Virus record (IMG/VR): IMGVR_UViG_2061766007_000262
Strand: one strand, 5' to 3'
DNA length: 47,505 nucleotides
From: an uncultured virus (IMG/VR IMGVR_UViG_2061766007_000262)
Lineage: Duplodnaviria > Heunggongvirae > Uroviricota > Caudoviricetes
How positions within the stretch are numbered: the first letter of the stretch is position 1; each line of letters begins with the position of its first letter. The notes below the pieces were generated by a model, which was given only the letters and a program-made list of their open reading frames with translations, had not been told where the DNA came from and did not search any database. This document shows positions 9,065-18,117 of the stretch, one piece after another. The position numbers and the translations under genes were made by a program.

Positions 9065-9345
9065 AGTTAAAATAATCGCTCTCGCTCAATATTTCATAAA
9101 ATAATTGTTAAAATTGTTTAACTATATAATATAGAAATATATTGTATCTATCATAAACAATTTTAATTGGTTATGATTTTTATAGAACTCTAATTATATA
9201 TAGAGATTATATTAATGATAGATAAGAGCAAGAGCATATATTCTTATCTATTCTTATCTAATCTAATCTTATCTGGGTTGCCAAATGTCAATTTTTTGTC
9301 ATACCATTTGACAACCAAATGACAACCAATTAGCAACCATTTTTT
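9065..9345. promoter_or_regulatory. Putative replication origin, copy 1
   Basis: GACAACCAAAT-like 11-bp iterons, TCTTATCTA repeats, AT-rich tract. Confidence 0.6.
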
Positions 9346-9611
9346 GTCAAAGTGTAAGCCCCATTATCTTTAATTCTTAATTGAGAATATTCATCATCAT
9401 ATACGGTTACACTATGTCTATCACGTCTAACATAGTTGTTGATAAACCAATGTTTAATGACTATTACATTTGATGAAAACTCAATTATAAAATGCTTATC
9501 TATAAGTTCTTGATAACACTTGATTCCAACGCCTCTTGACTTGGCTATTGTTTTTGCATTATTAACAAAGCCGTCATCATCAGCAACCATACCTAATTCA
9601 TAATAGAGTAG
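9330..9611 (-). CDS. Replication initiator fragment (5' part lost at the gap), paralog of 12088..12444
   Basis: LGMVADDDGFVNN...IKHW, nearly identical to the second copy. Confidence 0.75.
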   Translation of the reverse strand, partial: LLYYELGMVADDDGFVNNAKTIAKSRGVGIKCYQELIDKHFIIEFSSNVIVIKHWFINNYVRRDRHSVTVYDDEYSQLRIKDNGAYTLTKNGC

Positions 9612-9621
9612 NNNNNNNNNN

Positions 9622-9932
9622 GGATTAGGATTGGCTTTTTGTTGTTGATACCACCAACAATGTTCACAATCAGACCAAGTAGGCAAAGTATTAGGAGTAA
9701 TAGATGGCGAAATTGTTATAGGATTAGATGCAGCAGCATATACAAACCCAAACTTTATATCTAACATCTCACTAATCTTGATAAGTTCATCAATAGTAAA
9801 ACCACTTGGATTTTCAAACCTTCTTTGCAAAGTTCTTAAATTGATACCTGTTTTTTCAGCAACGTCTTTTTGAAGAACATCTTTATAAAGCATTGCTAAT
9901 CTAATTTGAAATAATACATCTTTACTTGTCAT
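9622..9932 (-). CDS. XRE-family HTH protein, truncated by the gap
   Basis: LQKDVAEKTGINLRTLQRR...FTIDELIKISEML. Confidence 0.7.
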
Positions 9933-10084
9933 TTCGTATCCACCCTTATTATTTTCTTTAGTTTTTCTATCGGTATATATGTTCCACAATACTGACAACA
10001 CACACCAATACAATCATAGTGAAACCAATTTATCAGTTTACAGTTAGGGCATCTAAAACAATTCCATACTTCGTTACTTGTCAT
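9929..10084 (-). CDS. 51-aa zinc-finger protein (MTSNEVWNCFRCPNC...CQYCG)
   Basis: Own translation; CxxC pairs; ATGA overlap with the next gene. Confidence 0.6.
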   Translation of the reverse strand: MTSNEVWNCFRCPNCKLINWFHYDCIGVCCQYCGTYIPIEKLKKIIRVDTK

Positions 10085-10123
10085 ATTACGCACCCCTAAT
10101 AATAGTTACGGCTTTTCATACGC
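10074..10123. repeat. 50-bp exact repeat with the window end (47456-47505)
   Basis: TTACTTGTCATATTACGCACCCCTAATAATAGTTACGGCTTTTCATACGC at both sites. Confidence 0.95.
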
Positions 10124-10419
10124 CATCTTTCTTCAACATATTCTTGATAATCTTCGTATGCCTTTTCTTCATATTTTTCTTTTAGCCAATACTCATAATC
10201 GCTTCTAACTGTATCGCTAAAATCAAGCACCACTTCTTCCAAATCTATTTCAAGAACTGAAGATAAGAATTCAAAGCCATCTTTTTTTATTTTGTATTCA
10301 CTATAATATTCAAGAAATTCATATAAATCTTGTGTTGTTGGTGTGATTTCAAAATCATAACCTGTTCCGAATTCGTATTTAAGCGTTATTTCTCTCATCT
10401 TCATCATCCCCATCATCAT
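10096..10419 (-). CDS. Acidic hypothetical protein
   Basis: 107 aa ORF. Confidence 0.7.
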   Translation of the reverse strand: MMMGMMKMREITLKYEFGTGYDFEITPTTQDLYEFLEYYSEYKIKKDGFEFLSSVLEIDLEEVVLDFSDTVRSDYEYWLKEKYEEKAYEDYQEYVEERWRMKSRNYY

Positions 10420-10744
10420 TCATTAGATTATTAGGCACAAATAATATATTGCCTACCAAATCTAAACCAAATAAATCTTTTGCGAGTTGATTATAAACTC
10501 TTTTTTTAAGCAAGCCATCTTCGTCAACGAATAAAGTTGTATTTTTAATTATTTCTTCAGGATAAATCTCTATGAAACCACCGACAAAATCTTGTAATTC
10601 TTGAAGCCCAAATATTTTTTTGTTCAGTGGCTCAACGTATTTGATCCTATAATCGTCAGTCAACAACACTGCTATATTATCTCTAATTGACCTTATTATC
10701 TTCTTGCGAAGCTGAAATCTTAACTCACTTGATAAACTATGCAT
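10379..10744 (-). CDS. DUF3846-like protein
   Basis: LQDFVGGFIE...VDEDG...N.LA...LVGN. Confidence 0.65.
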   Translation of the reverse strand: MHSLSSELRFQLRKKIIRSIRDNIAVLLTDDYRIKYVEPLNKKIFGLQELQDFVGGFIEIYPEEIIKNTTLFVDEDGLLKKRVYNQLAKDLFGLDLVGNILFVPNNLMNDDGDDEDERNNA

Positions 10745-10964
10745 TTCTCACACCATCCTTATCTAATATTTCTTTTATTTTGTCTTTACTAATATACTCA
10801 CCTTTGCTTGCGTATTCACGTATTATTACATCAAATTTAAGATACTCATCCAGCAAATCTTTGTATTCAATAAAAGCAAATAACGAAGCAATTCTTACCG
10901 AGTGTTCATAAAGAGCTTCTTCAAATAATTCTTTAACTTCGTTTTCTGTTAAAGTTTTTCCCAT
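10737..10964 (-). CDS. Hypothetical protein
   Basis: 75 aa, operon context. Confidence 0.65.
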   Translation of the reverse strand: MGKTLTENEVKELFEEALYEHSVRIASLFAFIEYKDLLDEYLKFDVIIREYASKGEYISKDKIKEILDKDGVRNA

Positions 10965-11179
10965 AATTCTCTTACCTCGTCTTTTGTCCTATACACTTCT
11001 TCCATACTGTGTGTATGTAGAAAAGCATTAAAACTTTCAGTTAGTTTATTTTGAACAATAAACGCATTTACGACATCTAAAATAATTGTGTCGTCATTTC
11101 TGTTTTTCAGTTGTTCTTCCAACTCGTTAATTTTCTTTTTTAATTTCTTGTTTTCTTTGTAGAGATTTATATCTATCAC
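10949..11179 (-). CDS. Hypothetical coiled-coil protein
   Basis: 76 aa, operon context. Confidence 0.6.
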   Translation of the reverse strand: MIDINLYKENKKLKKKINELEEQLKNRNDDTIILDVVNAFIVQNKLTESFNAFLHTHSMEEVYRTKDEVRELWEKL

Positions 11180-11291
11180 TGATGATCCTCCTTACTTGTT
11201 CTATTGTTTTGCCAGAACATTCAGCTATAATATCTATTGCTAAACCACGATCATACGCATTTAGTATTTGTTGTTTAATTGGTATTTTCAT
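11127..11291 (-). CDS. Small HTH protein (likely start MKIPIK)
   Basis: GLAIDIIAECSGKTIEQVRRII; the start is approximate. Confidence 0.5.
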   Translation of the reverse strand: MKIPIKQQILNAYDRGLAIDIIAECSGKTIEQVRRIISDRYKSLQRKQEIKKEN

Positions 11292-11817
11292 TTTTTTTCC
11301 TTTTAATATCTTCCCCAAAAGTTTTAATATGCCAAGAACGAACATCATCTTCGGTTACAATATCACTTTTATCTTTGATTGTATGTGTTTTAAAATATTC
11401 TTTTTTAAAGGCAAAATATTCTCGTCTTAATCTGTTCCAATCATAACTTTGGAACGGTCTTTTTAAAGCAACATCAAGCCCTGATAAATAGTATTCTTCA
11501 AATGCTCTTGCGTCTTCTTTGTTTGTTTCAAATGCTCTGATCCATAATTCTTTTTCGTGTTCTAACATTTCTTTAAACATTAACTCTTCATCGTATATCT
11601 TTCTCATGAATTCGCTTTCTCTCTTTTTATTGAGAGTTTTAAGGTATTCATAAAAATTGATTCCAGACCTACCAAGTTGTATTTCAAACACAAGATTCTT
11701 TAAATCATTTTTAGTAATGTCTAATAATTTTAAACCATCACAAACTTCAAGCAATTTATCAAACATTTCTTCACTATTCATTTTATAAAACGATTGTCTG
11801 TCAAACGTATAATCCAT
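11275..11817 (-). CDS. Replication-associated hypothetical protein downstream of the origin
   Basis: AGGAG RBS; paralog of 8465..9061. Confidence 0.75.
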   Translation of the reverse strand: MDYTFDRQSFYKMNSEEMFDKLLEVCDGLKLLDITKNDLKNLVFEIQLGRSGINFYEYLKTLNKKRESEFMRKIYDEELMFKEMLEHEKELWIRAFETNKEDARAFEEYYLSGLDVALKRPFQSYDWNRLRREYFAFKKEYFKTHTIKDKSDIVTEDDVRSWHIKTFGEDIKRKKNENTN

Positions 11818-11829
11818 CTTTTCTCCTTT

Positions 11830-12100
11830 TGAATTTTAAAAAAATATAAATGTATGCTGCTGTTTACTATAATAATTTTTAATAAACTAAATATATATAG
11901 AGCATTTAGAATTAAATAATATTTATCTATCATAAACAATTTATTGGTTATGATATTAAATATCTCTAATTGTATTTACTAGCTTATATATATGATAGAT
12001 AACAACATACTCTTATCTATTCTTATCTAATCTAATCTTATCTAGGTAGCCAAATGACCGTTTTTTGGCATACCATTTGACAACCATTTAGCAACCATTT
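11830..12100. promoter_or_regulatory. Putative replication origin, copy 2
   Basis: Iterons GACAACCATTT/AGCAACCATTT, TCTTATCTA repeats, AT-rich tract. Confidence 0.6.
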
Positions 12101-12444
12101 TTTGTTAAAGTGTATGATCCATTTTCTTTAATAGTTAGTTGTGAATATTCGTCATCATACACCGTAACACTATGCCTATCACGCCTTACATAGTTGTTGA
12201 TGAACCAATGTTTTATAACAATTACGCTTGTTGAAAACTCAATTATAAAACGCTTGTCTATTAACTCTTGATAACATTTAACATTTATACCTCTGCTCTT
12301 GGCAATCGTCTTTGCGTTGTTAACAAAGCCGTCATCATCAGCAACCATACCTAATTCATAATAGAGTAGTCTTGCCCCAATACTCATTTCTTGAAAGGCG
12401 TCGCTACCAACTATTTGTGTGCTAAACATACGTTTTTTAGCCAT
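12088..12444 (-). CDS. Phage replication initiator / replisome organiser, N-terminal domain only
   Basis: MAKKRMFS...F.EMS...LY..LGM.ADDDGFV.N signature. Confidence 0.8.
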   Translation of the reverse strand: MAKKRMFSTQIVGSDAFQEMSIGARLLYYELGMVADDDGFVNNAKTIAKSRGINVKCYQELIDKRFIIEFSTSVIVIKHWFINNYVRRDRHSVTVYDDEYSQLTIKENGSYTLTKNGC

Positions 12445-12734
12445 TACTTTGTCCTCAACAAATCAATTTTGGTTGCTATAATTACAACCTCTCTTTTGTC
12501 CTCGTATTCGCTTATATCTAAATAACCATTTACAAGAACATAGTCGCCTTTTTTAAGTTGATTAACAAACTCTAATAATTCGCCCATAATGATTACTTTA
12601 ATGCTTTTGTATGTTCCGCTTGTTTTCTTACCCCAATAAAGAATAAAGTTACCTAATCTATTGTTGTAATGGGTATAAATATTGGTATTAACCCAGCCCT
12701 CAATTACAACACTATTTTCTTTTTCGCCTACCAT
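12444..12734 (-). CDS. ssb: Single-stranded DNA-binding protein
   Basis: NSVVIEG...LKKGDYVLVNGYL; adjacent to the annealing protein. Confidence 0.65.
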   Translation of the reverse strand: MVGEKENSVVIEGWVNTNIYTHYNNRLGNFILYWGKKTSGTYKSIKVIIMGELLEFVNQLKKGDYVLVNGYLDISEYEDKREVVIIATKIDLLRTK

Positions 12735-13564
12735 AATTCGTCCTTAAAAGCTTTCATTTCTTCTTCTGTTGGGGTAGTATCAAAATCTATGTCGTTGTAT
12801 GAAAACTCTTGTGTTTCTGGTTTAGCTGGTTTTTCTTTGGCTTTCTTTAAGTCATCTTGTGTTTTTTGATTTTTAATAGAATCTACTTGTGCTTTTACTT
12901 GGGCGTATAAGTCCTCGTATTCTTCATCTGTTAAATCAGCAATATTACATTGTGATCCACGAATTGATGTAACAATTTGGTTTACCTCTTTCATTGGTAT
13001 TAATTTGCCTTTTTCTACCAAGTTATAAATCTCGCCAAACTTGTTCTTTGTTTGTTGATTATTGGTATTTGGTTTTTGTGCTTCAACCTTTTTCTTTTCT
13101 TCCGCAACTATCTTTTCTTGTTTATCAATAGCTGTTAATACCTCATCATAACTTGCAAGAGCAGTATCAATACCATAACCGCACATACCTAATGCACGAC
13201 CAATAGCTGACGTTTCGCAATTCTCAATAAATGATGTCTTATTAACAAGACTTGATTCTTCTTTCTCGTATGCGTAACCATTAGCAAGTAACTTATCATC
13301 ACTTGTATAAACTGACGCTTTCATAACTACAACGCCATTATTTAGACTAACAATAGATGTTTCAATTTTTCCTAATGGGTGGACTAATCTAAATGCCTTA
13401 ACTCTTTGATTTACCTCTGCATAATCTTTGCCTTTAATGTCTAATGTTCTAATAGTATCGTTAGCTTTTAATATCGCTATCGCTTCTTTTGTTAAATCTG
13501 TTGTATCAATAATTTGTTTTTTAATTTCTTTCTTTGTTTCGTTATTAGTTTCTTTATTTGCCAT
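12728..13564 (-). CDS. Single-strand annealing recombinase (Rad52/Sak-like)
   Basis: KGKDYAEVNQRV...ENCETSAIGRAL motif, acidic tail. Confidence 0.65.
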   Translation of the reverse strand: MANKETNNETKKEIKKQIIDTTDLTKEAIAILKANDTIRTLDIKGKDYAEVNQRVKAFRLVHPLGKIETSIVSLNNGVVVMKASVYTSDDKLLANGYAYEKEESSLVNKTSFIENCETSAIGRALGMCGYGIDTALASYDEVLTAIDKQEKIVAEEKKKVEAQKPNTNNQQTKNKFGEIYNLVEKGKLIPMKEVNQIVTSIRGSQCNIADLTDEEYEDLYAQVKAQVDSIKNQKTQDDLKKAKEKPAKPETQEFSYNDIDFDTTPTEEEMKAFKDELW

Positions 13565-14225
13565 ATTTTCCTCTTAATGTAATGTTTGTTGTATCTCTAT
13601 ATATGTCTATTGAATAAGACATAATTTCTCTACCATTGAATAATTGATTAAACATATCTCTGGTAAGAAAATCAGGTAACACGCTATATTTTGTTATGTT
13701 ATTAACAACATATCTTTCAGTTACCACAACAAATGTTGTGATAATTTTAAAAATACCTACAAAAGATTTATAGCTATGTTGCTTGCCGTCAATTTGAGTT
13801 TCAAACTCTCTTATTTTTTTATTAACCTCAACTTGCGGTTGTTTCTTTGTAATGATATTTCTCAATGAATCTATATCTACAAAAAGATATTTTTCGCATA
13901 AAAAAGTTTCATCTACACCACTTATATATTCATCAATTAGCATTTCATAAACGTCATCAATGTTGTCTTTATTAAACTTTTTCTTTCTTATTTCAGTTCT
14001 AATAAACGATTTTGATCTATCATATTTAGTTGCTAATTCATCAACACTCAAACCTCTTAAATAGTCCAAAAATAGATTTTTCATATCTGGTTTATTTGAT
14101 TTTATATAAGCCCCAATAATGCCCGCTACTTGCTTTGTTGATAGATTATGTTTGTGTGCTACATCTTTAATTCGCCCAGCTTTAACATAATCGTTATAGA
14201 TTTTTTCTTTTTCTCTATCGGTCAT
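13554..14225 (-). CDS. Multi-HTH protein
   Basis: IKDVAHKHNLS and GLSVDELATKYDRS repeats. Confidence 0.55.
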   Translation of the reverse strand: MTDREKEKIYNDYVKAGRIKDVAHKHNLSTKQVAGIIGAYIKSNKPDMKNLFLDYLRGLSVDELATKYDRSKSFIRTEIRKKKFNKDNIDDVYEMLIDEYISGVDETFLCEKYLFVDIDSLRNIITKKQPQVEVNKKIREFETQIDGKQHSYKSFVGIFKIITTFVVVTERYVVNNITKYSVLPDFLTRDMFNQLFNGREIMSYSIDIYRDTTNITLRGKYGK

Positions 14226-14817
14226 TTTTCTTACTTTCCATTTTTCTTATTTCGCTAATGTATTCATTAGTTGTAAGTTTAATTGGGTAACCACCCATAG
14301 CAAGATATGTAGAACGTGCTTTATCAAATCTTTCACGCATATCATCTATTGCTTCTATTTCATCTGCAACGCTTCTATTTGGGTTATATATATCGCTTGA
14401 ATAAACGTGAATCTCGTCTTTTTGGTATTCGCCAAATAGTATTTGCATTTGGTGGTCTAATGGTTTTGATATGTCTAATTTATTTAAAAATGTATAAACT
14501 TGATTTTTAGTTAATGAGCCGTCCACTAATACTGTATATAAATGGCTAAATGCTTTCGCTACAATGAAATTAGAATCATCATCTTTATTTATAGGTAAGT
14601 AATAACCTCTATTGTTAGATGAGATTTTTCTATTACATTTGATTCTTAACTCTCTCATATCTATACGAAGATGTATCTTGTCGCTATAACCTAATTCTTC
14701 ACAAATTAGTGAACCACTTTTTACGTTTTCGCTTCCAACAGCGTATTTCTTTAACCAGTTATATAAAGCCCATTGTTTAGATGTTAGGTTATACTTGTTC
14801 GCCATTAGTGTTTCCAT
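14215..14817 (-). CDS. Winged-helix DNA-binding protein
   Basis: ICEELG...ISSNNRGYYLP. Confidence 0.55.
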   Translation of the reverse strand: METLMANKYNLTSKQWALYNWLKKYAVGSENVKSGSLICEELGYSDKIHLRIDMRELRIKCNRKISSNNRGYYLPINKDDDSNFIVAKAFSHLYTVLVDGSLTKNQVYTFLNKLDISKPLDHQMQILFGEYQKDEIHVYSSDIYNPNRSVADEIEAIDDMRERFDKARSTYLAMGGYPIKLTTNEYISEIRKMESKKNDR

Positions 14818-15694
14818 TTTCTAACCTCATCTTTCTAAACGGACAGAACTCGCTAACTCTACAATATGATTCGCATTTTTTATCTACACCAGATCTAACA
14901 ACAATTTGATATTTGTTCTTGGTATCGTTAGCTTGATATGATTCTAAATACTTGTTTGCTTCATCTTCACTACTACACACTTTGGTTGCTGTTTTATTAT
15001 CATTTTTGTAAATAGCGTATGTTGTTGGCGTAGTCCATTTTTCTTTTTCGCTACACTCACTTAACTTGTTTGTTGGGTAGTATTTTTCGTTTTCTAATGA
15101 AATGATCTTTGCAGTTATATTCTTTTCGTATTCTGCTATATCTTCATCAGTAAATGTAAATGTAATTTCAACGCACTCTTTATCAGGGTATTCACTACCA
15201 TATCTCAACTTTTCAGCTTGTGAATAGTCCTTTAAGAACATAATGATTTTTCCAGTTCTACATTTGATTTTCTTATACTTTTCTAAACCCCAACAATAAG
15301 CCAATAATTGTTGTCTATAATCTTCATAATCTTTATGTAAGTATTTCCATACACTTGATGTTTTATAATCATAGACAATATTATTTTTCTTATCATATAA
15401 GTCTATAACCCCTACAAAGTATGATTTAGAAACTGGTATTACAACCTTATATTCGCTATACTTTGTGTTGTCGTTTCTTTTGATGTAATCGTGAAACATT
15501 GTGCCAAATATAGCCCAAGCCATATCGCTTACATCTTCCTCTAATTCATCAAAGTAACGTCTTGTGAGAATAATCTCGCAATTTCCTTTTAATAGCGTCG
15601 TTGCACCGTAAGACTTTGGTTTACTTTTGTGTGCTGTTTTTTGTGCTATTCTTACTAATGCTTCTGGTAGTCTGTTTTCGTTTGTTATTTTCAT
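14789..15694 (-). CDS. PD-(D/E)XK Cas4-like exonuclease
   Basis: GTMFH, GVIDL...DYKT, QLLAY, C-terminal Cys cluster C.SYC....FC. Confidence 0.85.
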   Translation of the reverse strand: MKITNENRLPEALVRIAQKTAHKSKPKSYGATTLLKGNCEIILTRRYFDELEEDVSDMAWAIFGTMFHDYIKRNDNTKYSEYKVVIPVSKSYFVGVIDLYDKKNNIVYDYKTSSVWKYLHKDYEDYRQQLLAYCWGLEKYKKIKCRTGKIIMFLKDYSQAEKLRYGSEYPDKECVEITFTFTDEDIAEYEKNITAKIISLENEKYYPTNKLSECSEKEKWTTPTTYAIYKNDNKTATKVCSSEDEANKYLESYQANDTKNKYQIVVRSGVDKKCESYCRVSEFCPFRKMRLENGNTNGEQV

Positions 15695-15789
15695 TTCCTT
15701 TCCTCTCTTGATAGCGTAAAAACGCTTCTAATGTTTTCTCAACTAATGTTTGATTCATAATTAAACCTCTTTTGTAATGTTTACCTTAC

Positions 15790-15993
15790 CTATTCGGCAA
15801 AAAAAATATCTCTTGCATTATCATAACCATATAAAGCTATGAACTTACTAACCTCTTTAACACTAAAATCAGTTATTCCCTTTATCTTTTTAGATAAAGA
15901 ACTTTCATTAATACCTAATTTTTGTGCTAAATCTTTTTGTTTTAGGTTATTTTTCGCAAGAAAAATCTTTAAGTTTATTTCACTAAAACCCAT
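15790..15993 (-). CDS. Cro-like XRE HTH regulator
   Basis: LKQKDLAQKLGINESSLSKK; divergent from the repressor. Confidence 0.85.
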   Translation of the reverse strand: MGFSEINLKIFLAKNNLKQKDLAQKLGINESSLSKKIKGITDFSVKEVSKFIALYGYDNARDIFFAE

Positions 15994-16020
15994 ATTTAAC
16001 CCCCTCTGTTTTTAATAATT

Positions 16021-16068
16021 GTAAGTTTTACCTTACTTTCATTATATCATTTATAATTTACAAGTCAA
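16021..16068 (-). promoter_or_regulatory. Lytic promoter plus putative operator
   Basis: TTGACT-16-TATAAT with extended TG; GTAAG-N6-CTTAC at 16021-16036, with a 14/16 copy at 15774-15789. Confidence 0.65.
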
Positions 16069-16127
16069 ACATTTTTTTTATTTTTTTTCAATTTTGTGTT
16101 ATTATAATAAAAAAGAGAGGTTGATTA

Positions 16128-16472
16128 ATGAAATTAAATGAGAAAATAGAAACACGAAGAAAGGAATTAAACTTAACATTAGATGATATAGCCAAACAAA
16201 CTGGCGTATCAAAACAAACCGTAGGGGCTTGGGCGTCTGGTAAAATCAAAGACATTGGCATTAGCAAAATAAATCAACTTGCAAGAATATTAAAGGTTGA
16301 TCCAATTACATTAATTGTTGATGAAAAAGAACTTGTTGAAATGGAATATAAAGAGCCAATTCCAGCATTAGCACCATTTGATAAACAATTATTAGATTTA
16401 ATGCTTCAACTTAACTCTAATGAAAAAATTGAATTGTATAATATGTTAATAAGTAAGGTAGGTAATAAGTAA
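16128..16472 (+). CDS. CI-like repressor (XRE HTH, no peptidase domain)
   Basis: LTLDDIAKQTGVSKQTVGAW; upstream of the integrase. Confidence 0.85.
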   Translation: MKLNEKIETRRKELNLTLDDIAKQTGVSKQTVGAWASGKIKDIGISKINQLARILKVDPITLIVDEKELVEMEYKEPIPALAPFDKQLLDLMLQLNSNEKIELYNMLISKVGNK

Positions 16473-16570
16473 TGAAACCATTTGTAAAAGGAATAATAGC
16501 AATTTTATTAGGTATTGTAATAGGTATATTGTTATACATCATTATTAAGTATTGGGGTTTTATTAGATAA
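16472..16570 (+). CDS. 32-aa single-TM peptide MKPFVKGIIAILLGIVIGILLYIIIKYWGFIR
   Basis: Own translation; TAATG overlaps with both the repressor and the integrase. Confidence 0.7.
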   Translation: MKPFVKGIIAILLGIVIGILLYIIIKYWGFIR

Positions 16571-18066
16571 TGACTAATGTTGTTTTATATTTAAGGTATT
16601 CAAGTGCTAACCAAACAGAACAAAGTATTGAGGGTCAAGAAAGAGTATGTCGTCAGTATTGCGAAATGAATAATCTAAATATAATTAATACTTATATTGA
16701 TAGGGGCAAATCTGCATATACTAATATTCATAAAAGAGTATCATTTTTACAAATGATAGATGATTCTAAAAAACATACTTACAAAGCTGTTATTGTTTAT
16801 TCATTGAGTAGATTCTCACGAAACAAATATGATATTGCTTTCTATAAGAAAGAATTAGAAAAGAACGGCGTTAAAGTATTAAGTGCGACAGAGGGTATAA
16901 AAGATGATCCAGAGGGCGAACTTTTAGAGGGTATCATTGAAACAATGGACGTTTATTTTAGTCGTGAGTTATCAAGAAAGGTAAAACGTGGTATGCAACA
17001 AAGTGCTGAAAAAGGTTTATTTGTTGGTGGAAACATACCACTTGGCTATGATGTAGTAGATAAGCATTTTGTTATCAATGAAGATGAAGCACCAATTATT
17101 AAACTTATATATAGGTTATATAGTGAGGGGTATTCATTTAGAGATATATTAGAAGAATTAGATAAACATAACTATAAAAATAAAAAAGGTAAAAAGTTTA
17201 CTAAACGCAGTTTTGAAAGCATACTAACAAATGAAAAATATATAGGGGTATATGAATCGCAAGGTTATAGACACGAAAACCTTATACCACCTATTGTTGA
17301 TGTATCTACATTTGATAAAGTTCAAAATAGGTTAGATTTAGAATCAAAAAATATTTCATATAGTAGGTATAATTATATGTTAAGCGGAAAGGTTTATTGT
17401 GCTAATTGCCATAGTCTTATGACTGGCGAAAGTGCATATAAAAAAGAAAAAGTGTATTTATACTACACTTGTAAAAACAAAGATTTAAGAGTTAATAAAG
17501 AAGAATTAGAAAAATTGATTTTAAGAGCCATAAAATCGTTTCTAAATGATGATTTCATAAATGATTTAGCGGAACACGTTGTGAAAGAAAATGAGCGTAA
17601 AATGAAAGAAAATATTGAACTCATAAAATTACAACAAGAATTAGATGACGCAATTAAACTTGAAGAAGCATTAAAAGGTTTATTGAAAAATGCACCAGAC
17701 ACTATCGGTTGGCGTTATAATGACGCTTGTATTGAAAGAGATAGATTAGAAAAAGCTGTATTTATGGAAAAGACAAAGCAAATGTTTATTGATAAAAAAC
17801 AAGTTGTAGAGTTCTTTAATTATTTCCTTAATGGCGACTATGAAGATGAAGAATATCAAAAAGAACTATTTACTTTATTAGTAAATAGAGTTGAGGTTTC
17901 AAAAGAAAAAGTTGATGTATATTTCAACATCAACTCTATGTATAATTGCAAGCTACCACAAAATGATACAATTACCATTAATTTTGATAGTTCGCAAGTT
18001 GTTCGTAATCTACTCTTTGGCGAACAATATACGAACTTAAACATATATTATATATATAATAAATAA
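16570..18066 (+). CDS. Large serine recombinase (integrase)
   Basis: YLRYSS catalytic motif, SRFSR, recombinase domain, CANC zinc ribbon, coiled coil. Confidence 0.95.
   Translation: MTNVVLYLRYSSANQTEQSIEGQERVCRQYCEMNNLNIINTYIDRGKSAYTNIHKRVSFLQMIDDSKKHTYKAVIVYSLSRFSRNKYDIAFYKKELEKNGVKVLSATEGIKDDPEGELLEGIIETMDVYFSRELSRKVKRGMQQSAEKGLFVGGNIPLGYDVVDKHFVINEDEAPIIKLIYRLYSEGYSFRDILEELDKHNYKNKKGKKFTKRSFESILTNEKYIGVYESQGYRHENLIPPIVDVSTFDKVQNRLDLESKNISYSRYNYMLSGKVYCANCHSLMTGESAYKKEKVYLYYTCKNKDLRVNKEELEKLILRAIKSFLNDDFINDLAEHVVKENERKMKENIELIKLQQELDDAIKLEEALKGLLKNAPDTIGWRYNDACIERDRLEKAVFMEKTKQMFIDKKQVVEFFNYFLNGDYEDEEYQKELFTLLVNRVEVSKEKVDVYFNINSMYNCKLPQNDTITINFDSSQVVRNLLFGEQYTNLNIYYIYNK
17990..18036. other. 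Putative attP inside the 3' end of the integrase
   Basis: Inverted repeats GTTCGTA/TACGAAC (18001-18036) and GTTCGC/GCGAAC, with phage DNA on both sides. Confidence 0.55.
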
Positions 18067-18067
18067 A

Positions 18068-18094
18068 TAAAGAGGGGTAATACCCCTCTTTTTT
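18068..18094. terminator. Bidirectional terminator
   Basis: AAAAGAGGGGTA-A-TACCCCTCTTTT. Confidence 0.85.
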
Positions 18095-18117
18095 AGTGAA
18101 TTATAATTCATTAAAAG

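Larger units (their letters stand above)
1..10073. mobile_element. Alternative early/variable region from related phage(s), scaffolded onto the circle
   Basis: Same architecture as 38254-47455 (+ strand cluster, terminator, - strand small genes), diverged paralogs of core genes, three internal N gaps. Confidence 0.7.

Noticed and set aside
9200..9332. Stop-codon reassignment suggested by in-frame stops after the initiator
   Set aside because: TAA, TGA and TAG all occur, the frame differs between the two copies, and all other genes read normally in code 11.
9330..10013. 227-aa HTH-initiator fusion ORF
   Set aside because: Spans the N gap at 9612-9621. The flank matches the second initiator copy exactly, so it is a scaffolding artefact.
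14789..15694. CRISPR-Cas (Cas4) locus
   Set aside because: No array or other cas genes; the context is an exonuclease-SSAP-SSB recombination module.
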